A stretch of DNA of 64,000 bases from Chiloscyllium plagiosum (GCF_004010195.1 NC_057754.1:11226859-11290858), one strand, 5' to 3'. Counted from the first letter of the stretch, positions 25,890 to 39,020 are shown. Numbers and translations: made by a program. The notes: generated by a model from the letters alone, not told the origin.

Positions 25890-27859
25890 CCTTGTTTTCG
25901 GAGATTGAAGGGATGTCAGAATCTGTAGACTTTAGGTCAGAGCCACGCTCGCTGCGTCGCTCATTTATTCCAACTGAATGTTTTGCGGAACAATTAAGTT
26001 ACATAATAAACATTAGTTATGGTTCGGTAAACAAATACATACCCTTGTGCCTTCCACTTGTAATATTATCAAGGGGAATCATTTTACAATGTAAACTGTA
26101 TACATGCACTGAGGACAGCTGGCTAAGACTTTTCCTTTTGAATTTTTATGCTCCCCACAAGCCAAGTTTTGCCTTTCCATCAAGCGTAGCCACTGACAGT
26201 TGTTAACTTGTTGTCCTACATTTCACCTAAAAAAATGCTAATTATCTACGCCCGGTTCCATTTATTTCCCTCCTTTCCCCAAATCTGATTTTCTTATCAG
26301 ATTTTACATGTATTTGATTTATTGGTAACAGTTTTAGTTCTTGTTCATTTGATTTAACTGAGGAGGAAACAATCACATGCAAAGTCTGGGCCAATTCGAA
26401 ACTACAAAACATTCCTTTGTTGTGCTAAGCTACAAATTCAGGAGTGGCCTCTAAATGCGGGAGTTTCTTTTCAGAGTTTCTGATGCGTTTACCATTTGTA
26501 AAGGTCTTTTGTTGCACAAACAGAGACAATATCAGGTGCAGGAAAACTGACACATGTGTTAGATATATATCGTGACGAAGGGAGACACAGACAATGTAAT
26601 GCTGAATGAGATAACATCGAATGTAGCAATAACTAAGACAGAGATGAGTGCAATGTGAAAAACGGCAGCCATGAGAAATGTGGCCTCGTTAATTCATTCA
26701 TAAGGTAGGGGCTAGTGCAGTGTGAACACAGACACGACTGAATATGGTAATTTACTTGTAGTCTGATAGGACTATAGAATTAGAAGAATGCAAAGACATT
26801 CACGGAGAAACAAGTGTTTACAAAATTTCACACAAATGTGCAGCATGTTTTCCAACTATGCAACAGGAATAGAGGTGGAGTCAATGTCATGTAGAATGAT
26901 ATTTCATCTAGAATGTAATAATTGAGATTAGGCCAAAAGCAATACAAGTGGACACATGACCTTTATTCAGATGAACAGAGAAGGATCTAGGGTAATGCTA
27001 ATGGATACCGTTTAAGATATGTTATCTTAGATAGGACCGTAATAATGGGAATGGTTAGAAATTCATTTGAATTAACAATGGTATGGAAATGTAAACCAAA
27101 CTGACATTCTGTCTGGTCTACTGGGGACATAAGCAAGGAATGGTCAAGTCCCAACGACAAAACGACCAACTATTGTATAAATAGGCAGAGGAGTTTGTGT
27201 GCTAATGGTTCTGATAGCGTGAAATTATATGCAACAGGGTGTTGTGCAGTCATTATTTTAATAGATGTCTGTGCTGCATAAAGGATTACCAGACTGGTAC
27301 AGAAGTAATCGTGCCCTGGTAATGCAACTGAGGAAGGAGACTAATGCGATATATGAAGAACCATAAAAGTAATTTAATATTGTGATAGTGTTATGAAGAT
27401 GTGGCAAACAAACCTTTAAGAGAGTAAAAGCTAGCAGTGACAGCACCAAGTGTTCTCAATAAGACACAATGTAACCTGTGCTCCAGCTACTGGAGTATCT
27501 GCTTGCCTGGAAACGACAAAACAGATTTGAATTAGGTCAATCAGTTTCAATTACTGTTGGTTATCAACCTCAACAATTTGGATGAAAATCTACAAGGCAT
27601 AAATTTGCTGAAAAATAAATAGGTGGTATTGTGGACATTGAAGAAGATTATCAGAAATTGTAGCAGAAAAATACCACATTCCAATCCAGTTTTAATTGAT
27701 TATATTGACAATCTTAAAAGACGATGACGCAATCCATTGCTTTGCGGTATAAGACTGGGGAAAATTGAACAGTTAGGAGGATAATGGCCACCACACCAAC
27801 AGCTGTAGACTGCTAGTCAGATCTCTGAGAGGTACCTGACTAGAGGTACCTGCAAAGAA

Positions 27860-28185
27860 AAAAACCTCAACCATCACCTGAAGAGCCAATCTACCAAAGA
27901 AGCTAAAGATTCGACCACTTTAAAATTTGAATTTTTCTATAAATCTGAATTGGGAGTTTTATTGGACTAGTATTATAAAAGAGAAGGTAAAAGATAGGTT
28001 AGAGGAAGCGATTGTAAATAGTTGTTAGTTAATTGTTCTCTCTCAAACTTTAAGAAATAAAGTTGTTAATGTTTTCTTTAAATAGACCGTGACCACTCGA
28101 ATTTTTACAGATTACTGCACGGGATAAATCTTTTCTGTGTTGCTGGTTTTAAATTAAGCAGAAGGGTTTACCATGTGTTGTAACA
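27860..28185 (+). mobile_element. Probable LTR 3' portion
   Basis: TATA-like tattataaaa, aataaa near 28056, and terminus ...tgttgtaaca. Family not verifiable here. Confidence 0.4.
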
Positions 28186-28232
28186 ATCAATATTAACCCG
28201 TGTTATATTGTACGATATTAAAGAAAACACAG

Positions 28233-28751
28233 TTAAAAAACACACAACACCAGGTTATAGTCCAACAGGTTTAATTGGAAGCACACTAGCTTTCGGGCTC
28301 AATCCTAACACACAGAATTTATAGCAAAAATTTACAGTATGATGTAACTGAAATTATACAATGAAAAATTGATTGTCTGTTAAGCCTTTCATCTGTTAGA
28401 ATACAGTGCTAGTATTGTTTAGCTAGCACCATTGTTAACAGCTAACCCGAGAATGCAACTTTTTTAAAAAAGGTTTTGTGATTTGCACATGAAAGAAGTG
28501 AAACTATCACTGTATTCTAACAGATGAAAGGCTTAACAGACAATCAACTTTTCAAAGTATAATTTCAGTTACATCACACTGTAAATGTTTGCTATAAATT
28601 TTGTGTGTTAGGATTGAGCCCTCCACTACCACCTGATGAAGGAGCGTCGCTCCGAAAGCGAGTGTGCTTCCAATTAAACCTGATGGACTATAACCTGGTG
28701 TTGTGTGATTTTTAACTTTGTACACCCCAGTTCAACACCGGCATCTCCAAA
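28233..28751. mobile_element. Family A Penelope-derived inverted-repeat insertion with 14-bp TSD
   Basis: Arms about 28233-28413 and 28503-28717 are reverse complements. TSD taaagaaaacacag at 28219-28232 and 28752-28765. Confidence 0.85.
28630..28664 (+). ncRNA. Minimal type I hammerhead ribozyme motif (family A), U16.1 mutated to G
   Basis: cac-CTGATGA-aggagcg tcgctcc-GAAA-gc-Ga-gtg. The opposite arm keeps the ancestral gaaagcTagtg. Confidence 0.65.
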
Positions 28752-28879
28752 TAAAGAAAACACAGATTGCTAAAATAATAAACAGTATATTGTGAAATAA
28801 CAGCAGATGCAGATACTATTTTCCAGATAAAATCGCCAAAGGTAATAACAAGAACATCAGAGATAACAACAGGCAATTC

Positions 28880-29085
28880 AATTTGCCATCTCCCCCTGAT
28901 TCCATGCAAGTTGACCTTCCAGAGCAGCTTACCATGTGGAAACTTATCAAAGGCCTTGCTGAAATCCATATAAACCACATCTATCACTCTGCCCTCGTCA
29001 AACTTCCTGGTCACTTAATCAAAGGACTCTCATAAATTTGTGAAGTATGATTCCTATCCAAACCCTATCTTTCCAAATGCATGTT
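28880..29085 (-). mobile_element. CR1 RT fragment
   Basis: DEGRVIDVVYMDFSKAFDKFPHGKLL. Confidence 0.85.
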
Positions 29086-29094
29086 TCCCCCATG

Positions 29095-30348
29095 GATTTT
29101 TATGGACTATCGCAAAGTCAATTGGGTTACAAAGACGGATTCAAATCTGATGCCGTATTATGAAGACTGTTTTGAGAAGGTGTGACAAGCAACTTAAATT
29201 TCTAAGTGGACTTGCTGAGAGGATACTGACAGGTACCCTTGTCTGAAGGGACGAAGGAAATTTCGGATTTTGTAACACCAGATGGACTGTATCAGTTTAA
29301 AGCCATGCCAATTGATATGAAAAATGCGCAAGCCTCATTTCAGAGACGAACAAACCAGGTCATTGCCAGATTATCCAACTGTGTCGCGTATATATAGATA
29401 ACCTGTTCATTTTTCGTCATAAATGGAAGCATTGCAACATTTATCACATTTGTTTGATCGATTTCGGAAGGCAGGCCTGATGACAAACCTGGCTAAACAC
29501 GAATTTGCCAAAGCCCTAGTCAACTTCCTGGGCCATATTAATGGACGTGGACACATGGCCCCACGGGACGCAAAAACATTTGTAATTGGGATGTTTCCTA
29601 TGCTAAAACTAAAGGCAATTGGGGGTTCCTGGGACTGAGTGGATTTAATCGAAAATTCATTCCAAATTTTAGCAGCGTGGCTACTCTTCTCACTGAATTG
29701 AAACAGAAAGATGAAAGGTTTCAGTGAAGAACGGAATGTCAGAAGATATTTGACAGCCTGAAAGCTGTGTTAACCATTGCCCCAATATTAGCCACAGCTA
29801 ATTACTCAAAGCCATTCAAGGTGGCTATCGATGCAGATGATGCAGGTGTTGGTGTTGCGCTCTTGTAGCAAGACGATAAGAAGATAGAAAGGCCAATCAC
29901 ATATTTCTCCAGGAAGTTGAATACTCATCAGCATAAATATTCAGCAGTTGAGAAAGAGCATTTGAGCTTGGTGACGACGTTACAATGTTTTAATTTTTAT
30001 GTAACCAGTAACGTATCTGGGACAATACTGACTATAACCCATTGAAATTTGTGGAGAAATTTAAGGACAAAAATGCCAGACTGTTAAGATGGAGCTTGTC
30101 GTTACAGCCATTCAATTTGAAAGTTGTGCATATGGCAGGTGGGAAAATGTGATTGTCGACATAATGTCGAGATGCAAATGAGAAATGGCCGGATTGAAAC
30201 AGGCTGAAACAGAATGTATTTATGCAGGTTTGCATGGTGATAGTCAATATTATGTATTTCTGTGGTGTAACCATTTAAAATTAAGGTGTTTTAAAATGAA
30301 ATCATCTTTGGATGTTAATGGATCAGATTTTTAAGAGGGGAGGTGTGA
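29095..30348 (+). mobile_element. Decayed Gypsy (Gmr1-like) pol 3' half: RT, RNase H, polypurine tract and first 5 bp of the 3' LTR
   Basis: MDYRKVN..TKTDS, FVTPDGLYQFKAMP..MKNA.ASFQR, YIDN, KPFKVAIDA, YSAVEKE, TDYNPL, RLLRWSL, ENVIVDIMSR. PPT aagaggggagg at 30333-30343 is followed by TGTGA. Confidence 0.85.
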
Positions 30349-33300
30349 ACGTTTCTCTTGCAGAATGTAGGAGGTAAGAATCGCTACTGGTGGCTCTGCT
30401 GACTTCATCTGCGGGAAGTGCACCCAACTCAAGTTCCTTGAAAACAGCGTTAGAGAACTACAGTTGGAGCTGGATAAACTTCAGACCATTTGGGAGGCTG
30501 AGGAGGTGATTGAGAGGTGTTACAAGGAGGTAATCACACCTCGGACACAGGAAAAAGGCAGATGGGTGACAGTCAGAGGACGGAAAGGGAAACAGCAGAC
30601 AGTGCAGCGATCCCCTGTGGCTGTTCCTCTCAAAAAAAGCAAGGGTACCATTTTGGTTATCATGGGGGTGTACGACTTAAGAGGGATAAGCCATGGGGTA
30701 CAGACCTCTGGCACAGAGTCCATCCTTGATGCTCAGAAGGGAAGCGGAGGTGGAGCAGAGCAGAGCATTGGTCACTGGGGACTTCATAGTTAGGGGGACA
30801 GAAAGGAGGTTCTGTGGGAACGAGAAGACTCACAGTTGTTGTGTTGCCTCCCAGGTTGCCAGGATTCGTGACCTCTTGGATCATGTTTTCGGGATCCTTG
30901 ATGGGGAGGGGGAGTAGCCCCAAGTCATGGTTCACATAAGCACCAACGACGTATGGAGGAAAAAGAATGGGGATTTAAGGCATAAATTCAGGGAGCTCGG
31001 GTGGAAACTTAGAGCTAGAACAAAACAAGTTTGTTACTGGTGTGATGTGCTAGCGAGGCGAGGAATAGGGAGAGACAGGAGTTGAATATGTGGTTACAGA
31101 AATGGTGCAGGAGGGAGGGATTCGGATACCTGGAAAATTTGGGTGCATTCTGGGTTAGGTGGAACCTCTACAAACAGGATGGTCTACACTTGAACCAGAG
31201 GGATACTGATATCCTGGAGGTGGGGGAGGGGGGATTTGTTAATGCTCTTCAGAATGGTTTAAACTAATTCAGTCGGGGGTGGGATACTAAATTGTGTCCA
31301 GGAGATTGAGCGTAATGAAGTCAGAAATAAGATTTCAAGACAACAAGTGTGCACCGGCAAGCAGGAAGAAGGTTTTAAGTGTGTCTACTTCAACGTCAGG
31401 ACCATCCGGACTAAGGTGGTGTTTTAAAAAATTCTCAAGGTCAGGTTCGTAGGAGAGTAGTCTGACACAGAACAAACGACCAAGACGCGAGTCTGCTAGA
31501 ATATGCTTCAGCTTTTTATTCCCCGCAGCGTCGCCACAACCAGGTACAGCGGGTCTGGCTTATACTCACTCTACATGTTACCGGAACTGGGAGCCGTCAG
31601 TTCTCGTAGAGCGGTTGCCAACAACCCACGCTCGGCGGTTAAACGTAACCCCGGAGCAGACTCACCGAACTGGAGACTTTTCCAGCTGATATACTCTTTT
31701 CCAGATATAAACATTCATGTGAACAGCAGAGCAAGGCTAAAAAACACATTCCATTCTGGTTACATACAGATAAGAAGATTCACACGGGACTAAGCAACAC
31801 CTCCATTCCGGTTAGATTCACACATGTATTGGGACATAATTTTTAACCGTTTCACCACATTCCACTGCTTGGAATTTTACACCACAGGTGGGTGAACCTG
31901 CATCATGGGTTGCTACTTGGGAATTCAATGTCGTGGCCATTTCGGAGACAGGAATAGAGCAGGGACAAGAATGAATGTTGCAGGTTCCTGGGTTTTGATG
32001 TTTCAGTAAGAACAAGGAAGATGGTAAAAGAAAGGGAGGTGTGGCATTTTTAGTTAACGACAGTATTACGGGTGGCAGAAAGCTCGTCGACTGACGTAGT
32101 ATGGGCTGAGGTTAGAAACAAGAAAGGAGAGGTCACCCTGTTGAGAGTATTCTCCAGCCTCTAAATAGTTCCAGCGATGCACAGGAAATTTAGCAAAACC
32201 ACTTTTGGATAGGAGTGAGAGTAACAGGGTAGTTGTCATGGGAGACTTTAAATTTACAAATATTGACTGGAAATTCCATAGTTCGAGTACTTTAGATGGG
32301 TTAGTTTTTGTACAATGTGTGCGGGGGGGGGGGGGATCATGACATAGTATGTAGATGGACCAACAAAGGGTAAGGCCACATTGGATGTTGTTCTGAGTAT
32401 TGAATCGGGACAGGTGTTAGATTTAGAGTTAGGTGAGTACTCTGGTGATAGTGATGACAATTTGGTTATGTTGACTTTAGCAATAGAAAGGGATAGGTAT
32501 ATACCCCAGGCCAAGAGTTACATCTGGAGAAAGGCAATCAGGATGCGATTAGGCAGGATTTGCGATCCATAGGATGGGGAAGGAAACTGCAGTGGATGGG
32601 CACAACTGAAATGCGCAGCTTATTCCGGGATCAGCTAATGCATGTACTCGATTTGAATGTACCTGTCAGACAGGGAGGAAGTGGTCGAGCGAAGGAGCGG
32701 ACCTTTACTAAAGAAGTTGAATCTCTTGTCAAGAGGAAGAAGATGGTTTATGTAAGGATGAGACAAGAAGGCTCAGTTAAGGCGTTTGAGAGTTACATGT
32801 TAGCCAGGAAGGGCATACAGAAAGAGTTAAGAAGAGCCAGGAGGGGATATGAGAAGTCATTGGCATGTAGGATCAAGGAAAACCAAAAATGTTTCTATGG
32901 GTATGTCAGTAATAAAAGAATGACTAGTATAAGTTTAGGTCTAATCAAAGACAGTGGTGGGAAGTGGTGCATGGAGTCCGAGGAGATAGGAGAAGCTCAA
33001 AATGATTTTTTTTGTCAGTATTGACACTGGAAAAAGACATGGTTGTCGGGGCGAATACTGAAATACAGGCTGCTAGACTAGACGGGTTTGAAGTCCACAA
33101 GGCGGAGGTGTTAACAACTCTGGAATGTGTGAAAATATATAAGAACCCTGGGCGAGATGGGATTTATCCTACGATTCTCTGGGAATCCAGGGAGGAGATT
33201 TCAGAGCCTTTGGCTTGGATATTTATGTCATCATGGTCTACAAGTTTCGTGCCAGAACCCAGGCGATAGCAAATGTTGTCCTCTTGTTTAAGAGAGAGAG

Positions 33301-34610
33301 TCGAGACAACCCTGGCAATTATAGACCAGTGGCCTTACTTCAGAGATGGGTAAAGTTTTGGAAAGGGTTGTAATCATCTAGAAAGGAATATGCTGATTAG
33401 TGATAGTCAACACGGTTTTGTGAAGGGTAGGTCATGTCTCAAAAACCTTATTGACTTCTTTGAGGAGGTGACCAAACAGGTGGATGATGGGAAAGCGTTT
33501 GATGTAGTGTATGTGGACTTCAATAAGGCATTTTATAAAGTTCCACACGGTAAACTATTGCAGAAAGTACTGAGGTATGGGATTAAGGGTGATTTAGCGG
33601 TTAGGATCAGAAATTGGCTCGCTGGTGGTTGTTGATCGGAGTTCAGTTACTAGTGGTTTACTGCAAGGATCTGTTTTGGGACCAGTGCTGTTTGTCATTT
33701 TCGTAATTGACCTGGATGAGGACATAGAAGTATGGGTTAATAAATTTGCAGATGACAATAAGATCTGTGGAGTTGTGGAAAGTGCCAAAGGATGTTTCAT
33801 GTTGCAGAGGAACATAGGAAAGCTGCACAGCTGGTCTGACAGGTGACAAATGGAGTTTAATGTGAAATGATATGAGGTGATTCACTTTGGAAGGAGCAAC
33901 AGGAATACAGACTACGAGGCTAATGGTAAGATTCTTGGGAATGTAGATGATGATGTACATAGATTCTAGCTTGATAAAGTTGTTAAGAAGGCATATGATG
34001 TGTTCAGGTTTATTGGTAGAGGGATTGAGTTTCAGAGCCATGAGATCATGCTGCAGCTGTACAAAACTCTGGCCAGGCCACGCTTGGAGAATTGCGTTCA
34101 GTTCTAGTCAATGCATTGTCGGAAGTATGAGGAAGCTTCGGAAAGGGTTCAGAGGAGATATGCTAGGATTTTGCTTGGTATGAAGGGAAGGTCATATGAG
34201 GAATTTCTGAGGGGCTTGAGAATGTTTTCATTGGAGAGAAGATGGTTGAGAGGTGACTTAATTGAGTCATTTAAGATAATCAGAGGGTTAGATAGGGTGG
34301 ACAGTGAGACCCTTTTCCCTCGGATAGTGATGGCCAGACAGGGGGGACAGAACATTTAATTGAGTGGTGATAGATACAGACAGATGTCAGAGGTAGTTTC
34401 TTTACTTAGAGAGTAGTAGGGGCATAGAACGCCCTGCCTGCAACTGTAGTAGACTCACCGATCTTAAGGGCATTTAAATTTTCATTGGATGTATATATTT
34501 ATGGAAATGCAATTGTGTAGGTTAGATGGTCTTCAGATTTGTTTCACAGGTCGACACAACATCGAGGGCTGAAGGGCCTATAATGTCCTTTAATGTTCTA
34601 TGTTCTATGA
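30349..34610 (+). mobile_element. Near full-length decayed CR1 LINE inserted 5 bp into the Gypsy 3' LTR
   Basis: ORF1 CGKCTQL..LELDKL, GDFIVRG, DGLHLN; ORF2 EN and RT motifs (SQHGFVKGRSCL, QGSVLGP, KFADDNK); tail (atgttct)n. Confidence 0.93.
31420..31886 (-). mobile_element. Solo LTR (467 bp, TG...CA) with 5-bp TSD, inserted in CR1 ORF2
   Basis: TSD ggtgg at 31415-31419 and 31887-31891; removing the insert restores aaggtgggtgaac. Imperfect terminal inverted repeats. Minus-strand TATA-like motif near 31563 and AATAAA near 31517. Confidence 0.8.
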
Positions 34611-35222
34611 TACTGTTCTTTTAACATGATTTTTTTTCCTTGGCTTTTTTTTTGCAGAGGTCGTTAAAGGCACAGAACCCAAAAATTCTGGTGTTGAAGG
34701 TTATTAGGGCCAATTTGATTATTACTAATAGTCAAAAGGCTTTTAAGTTGGTTAAAAAGAAACACTTGCTCAATTAAAGGGGTTTGGCCACCACTCTCAG
34801 CTTAATTTTTCTCCGGTCTGGCTATTCACCAAAAGTAGTCAGGTAGTTTGGAAACTGCTAGATCCAAAGAAGCAGGCCCATGCTGGTACTCTCTCCCTGA
34901 CAAATCTCCTGTACACCTCTGTGTTTGATTTTACCTTTCATGTGAAGGACTGTTTATGCAGATTATTGGAAGTACTTGAAACAGCATCATTAAATTGGGA
35001 TAATCTGATTGATCTTCAGATTGGTTATATTAATCCGTATTCTGTTCTCTGTTGCTTGTGCTTTTCATTCAGTAATTATTTGTTTTTTTTAAAACTGAGT
35101 ACTTTAACCAACTGCATCACTCCTGGAATATCCCCGTTCCCCCTACTTAAAACAACTAGCAAAATTAGGTTCTGAGCTATCTTATTGAAATATTTTTGAG
35201 GGGTTTGGCCTTGAACATAACA
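34611..35222 (+). mobile_element. Remainder of the Gypsy 3' LTR
   Basis: Continues the TGTGA at 30344-30348, ends ...cataaca, and is homologous to 12990-13499. Confidence 0.7.
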
Positions 35223-36760
35223 TGTCCCTGGTCCTAAAGTGCTTCCCCACTGTCAGCCTCGTCACCTGTCATGCCCTGTTTCCTGAGTCGTACCCTCTAT
35301 ACATTGTTTGAGGAAACTTTCCTGAACACACTTAAAACATTCCAGTCCATATAAGCCCTTAACCCTCTGGCAGTCCCGGTCTTTGTTAGGAAAATTAAAA
35401 TCCCCTACTGTGACAACCTTATTGTTCCTGCAAGTCTCCTCAATCTCCCTGCATATTTGTTCCTCTAATTCCCATCGACCGAATTTGGTGGGGGTGGGGG
35501 GGGCGGGGGGGGGGGAGGGGGGGCGGTGGTGCAATAACCATATTCTAGCTCCATCCACAAAACCTCACTGGATGATCCTTAGTTATTTCATCTCTCACTA
35601 CTGCTGTGATACTCACCTTCATCAAAAATACAACATCCCCTCCACTCATTTCACCATCTCTGTGATGCCTAAAGCAACTGTACCCTGGCACATTAAGTTG
35701 CCAGTCCTGTCCCTCCATTAACCATATTTCTGAAATGGCCATAATATTCTAGTCCCACGTACTTATCCACGCAGTAAGCTCTTCGGCCTTACTTATCAGC
35801 CCTCTTCCATTGAAATCAATTCAATTTAATGCACCAAGCATTCCTTGCTACCTCGTCAGAGGGGGGTAATGCAGATACTTGAGATTGGAGTCAAGATTAG
35901 AGTGGTGCTGAAAAAGCACAGCAGGTCAGGCAGCATCCTGCTCCTTCGATGCTGCCTGACCCGCTGTGCTTTTCCAACACCGCTCTAATCTTGATTCCTT
36001 GCTCTCTGTCATGTTCCCACCTCCCCTGCCTCTTCAATCCAGTATTTCTAATGATTGTATCTTATTTGAGCCTAGCACTTGTCTCCCTGATGTTGAGGAT
36101 CCCACTTCTCTGCCAATCTGCTTTAAATTCTCCCTTGCAGCTCGAGCAAATCTGATCACCAAAATATTGGTCACCCTCCAATTTAGATGCAACCCATCCC
36201 TCATGAACAGGTATATGCGTGTTTTCGAGGAGAATGCCCACAGGGAATTCCTGAATTCTCTGTCTACTTCCTTTGCCTTTCCTATTGGTCACCCAGCTAC
36301 TCTCTGCCTGCACCTTAGGTGTGACCACCTCAGTAAAACTCTGATCTATGAAGCAGACAGCTTCTCGGATGATCCTGAGTGCATCCAGCTCCAACTCGCT
36401 AACAAGAAGCTGTAGCTGGTCTTCTTCACAAAGGTGTAGTCATCTGGGACAATGGAAGTCTCCCTGTGCTCCCACATCATGCTGGAGCAACATGGTACTG
36501 CCCTACCTGCCACCTTAATAGTTGTAAAACTAAAACGTAAAGTTGACAGGACTTTACCTGAACCTACCTGCACTTTTTGTCGAGCTACTGTTCTCCGAAG
36601 CCTCTCGAGGCACATTCTTACTTCTTGCACTGCTGCCACCAAATTTTTCAATAGCACATGACTTCAGCCCTCCACTTTATTGTTTGGTTAGACGAGGATG
36701 GAAAGAGGGAAACACTACAGTGATGTAGTGTTTGCCCCTCAACTATTCCTTGACACTAAG
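35223..36760 (-). mobile_element. Decayed CR1 5' half (ORF1 + endonuclease)
   Basis: CCSSMMWE, ELDALRIIRE..VVTPKVQ, AISEIWL..LNVPGYSCFR, VTVGDFNFP. Confidence 0.88.
35858..35997. mobile_element. Family B Penelope-derived hairpin inserted in CR1
   Basis: About 50-bp arms ggagtcaagattagag...ggcagcatc / gatgctgcc...ctctaatcttgattcc. Degenerate flanking repeat ttccttgct..gtca. Confidence 0.75.
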
Positions 36761-36852
36761 CCCACCACCTGCTCTTCAGTGCAGGTGACTGCTTCTCGTC
36801 ATAAGGTGCCTTGCTGAGGCCCTTCTTCTGGTAGTGGTGACCATGCAGATAC

Positions 36853-37456
36853 AGATCTTCACCACGACAACCTATCTGCATTGTCACAGTCCTCTGCTGG
36901 AGGATATGTAACATATTCAATATTTTACCTTCAAACGTTTTCTGTAGCGCAGAATGTCACAGGCTCAGCACTCTCTTTGAGAACAAATTTATTTTCATCT
37001 CAGTTGGTGCTTAAAGTTTGAGCACAAGTGAAAATTGACCATTGAAATAATAACAAAGGTAGAAATCAGTGCAATAACCAAGAATACTGGTAGATTACCA
37101 TCGCAATTAAGGGACAATCAAGCAGCAATGCTCGCTTGTATTTCACAACACACTGCTTCGCTCCTGAGCAGAGAGTATCTAACACGGAATCATGTATTTG
37201 TGTAAAGGTGCATATATGCTTCAAATCTGTGGTAAGTCAACTTTGAATAGGAGTCAGAAAAAATGGGGTGGGTCTGCTGAGTTCATGACGGGGAAGATCT
37301 TCACCACGGCAGTCAATCTGCACTGTCGCAGTCCTCTGCTTGAGGACTTGCAAAATATCCAATATTATACATTCAAATGTTTTCTATGGCGCACAATGTC
37401 AACGTCTCACCACTCTCTTTGACAACAAATTTATTCTCATCCCATGACTGCTTAAA
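36853..37456. repeat. Diverged ~162-bp direct repeat pair (36853-37015, 37295-37456), partly old CR1 3' sequence
   Basis: Both start agatcttcaccacg and share cagtcctctgct, cactctctttga.aacaaatttatt and tgcttaaa. Confidence 0.8.
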
Positions 37457-37502
37457 TAGCATGCTCTTACTTTTTGTGTCCTTGTGAAACAACTTTTTTT
37501 AA

Positions 37503-38670
37503 AAAAATGAATTGAATTTATTGTCACATGCACTGAGACACAGTGAAAAGCATTGTCTTGTGAGCAATACAAGCAGATAACGTAGTTAAGTAGCATAGAT
37601 AGTAAATAATAGGTAAACAGTGGTAAAAACAAAAATACAGGTACAAGTGAATGTTAAGAGCTTGTGAGTCCATTCAGTATTCTAACAACAGTAGGGTAGA
37701 AACTGTTGCAAAACCGGCTGGTGCATGTGTTCAGGCTTCTGTACCTTCTCCCCGATGGTAGAGGTTGTAGAAAAGCACTGCCAGGGTGAGAAGGATCTTT
37801 AAGAATGCTGGCGGCCTTTCCTTGACAGCAAGCCTGGTAGACGGATTCTATAGATGGGAAGTTGACCTTTGCGTTTGTCCGGGCCGAGTTCACCACTCTC
37901 TGTAACCGTCTCCGATCTTTAGTGGTACAGGTAGTGCCATACCAGGTAGAGATACACGCAGACGGAATGCTCTCAATGGCGCACCAATAAAAGTAGGCAA
38001 GGCTATTCACCGTCATTCCAAATTTCCTCAGCTGTCAAAGGAAGAAAAGACGTTTTTGGGCCTTTGTTACCAGTGTGTCCACATGAAGAGTCCAAGAAAG
38101 CTTGTTGTGGATGACCACTCCCAGGAGCTTGACACTCTCCACTCGTTCAGCCTCTGTGCTGTTAATGTGCAGAGGGGCATGAGTAACATCCCGCCGAAAG
38201 TTAATAATGAGCTCCTTGGTTCTGCTGGCATTCAGAGCTGGGTTGTTCTCAGTGCACCATTTTTTCAGGTCTTCCACATCCCGTCTGTCGTCCGTTTCAT
38301 CGCCATCTGAGATTTGACCGACAATGGTGGTGTCGTCAGCGATCTTGTAAATGGCATGAGTCTGGTATTTGGCAATGCAGTCTTTGGTATACAGTGACTA
38401 CAGTAGGGGATTGAGTATGCACCCCTGGAGGTTCCAGTGTTGAGTATTAGCAAGGATGAAATATTGTCCCCAACCTTCACTGATTGTGGCCTGTGGGTCA
38501 GTAAGCTGAGGATCCAGTTGCGGAGAATGGGGTTTAGTCTGACATCACTAAGTTCAGTAATCAGTCTCGAGGGCATAATAGTGTTGAAGGCTGAACTGTA
38601 GTCAATGAGTAGGATTCTTAGATAGCTGTTCTTGGTGACAAGATGTTCTAGGGAGGAGTGAAGGGCAAGT
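37503..38670 (-). mobile_element. 5'-truncated Rex1/Babar-type LINE
   Basis: LLIDYSSAFNTI, NWILSLLTHRPQSV, YKIADDTT, WCTENN.ALN.SRTKELI.NFRR, KAQKRLFFL, LPSGRRYRS, SRFCNSFYP; tail aataaattcaattca. Confidence 0.9.
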
Positions 38671-38917
38671 GAAAATCATAATAGATCAGGTGGAACATTT
38701 ATTATTGATTGAATTCGATGTTCTTGGACTTTGATTGTTGTGTTAATCTTATTATCTCTCCAATCTGAGTCAGAGAGAAACAGTCAGAATATTTTTTAAC
38801 AAAATGTTAAGAAGTTCTTCGCTCCATTATGTCCATGACAACCATCAGTCATCCATCTATTCTAGTCCTATTTGCCAGCACGTAGCTTATAACCTTGTGT
38901 GCCCTTGTGTTTGTAGG

Positions 38918-39020
38918 AGATAGTGAGGACTGCAGATGCTGGAGTACCAGAGTCGTGCTGGAAAAACACAGCAGTCCAGGCAGCATCCGAGGAGCAGGAA
39001 AAACGACGTTTCGGGCATAA
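38918..39020 (-). mobile_element. Family B Penelope 3'-terminal fragment with 17-bp TSD
   Basis: TSD gcccttgtgtttgtagg at 38901-38917 and 39021-39037. Retains the 3' half of the hammerhead (gggcttatgccc-gaaacgtc). Confidence 0.85.
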
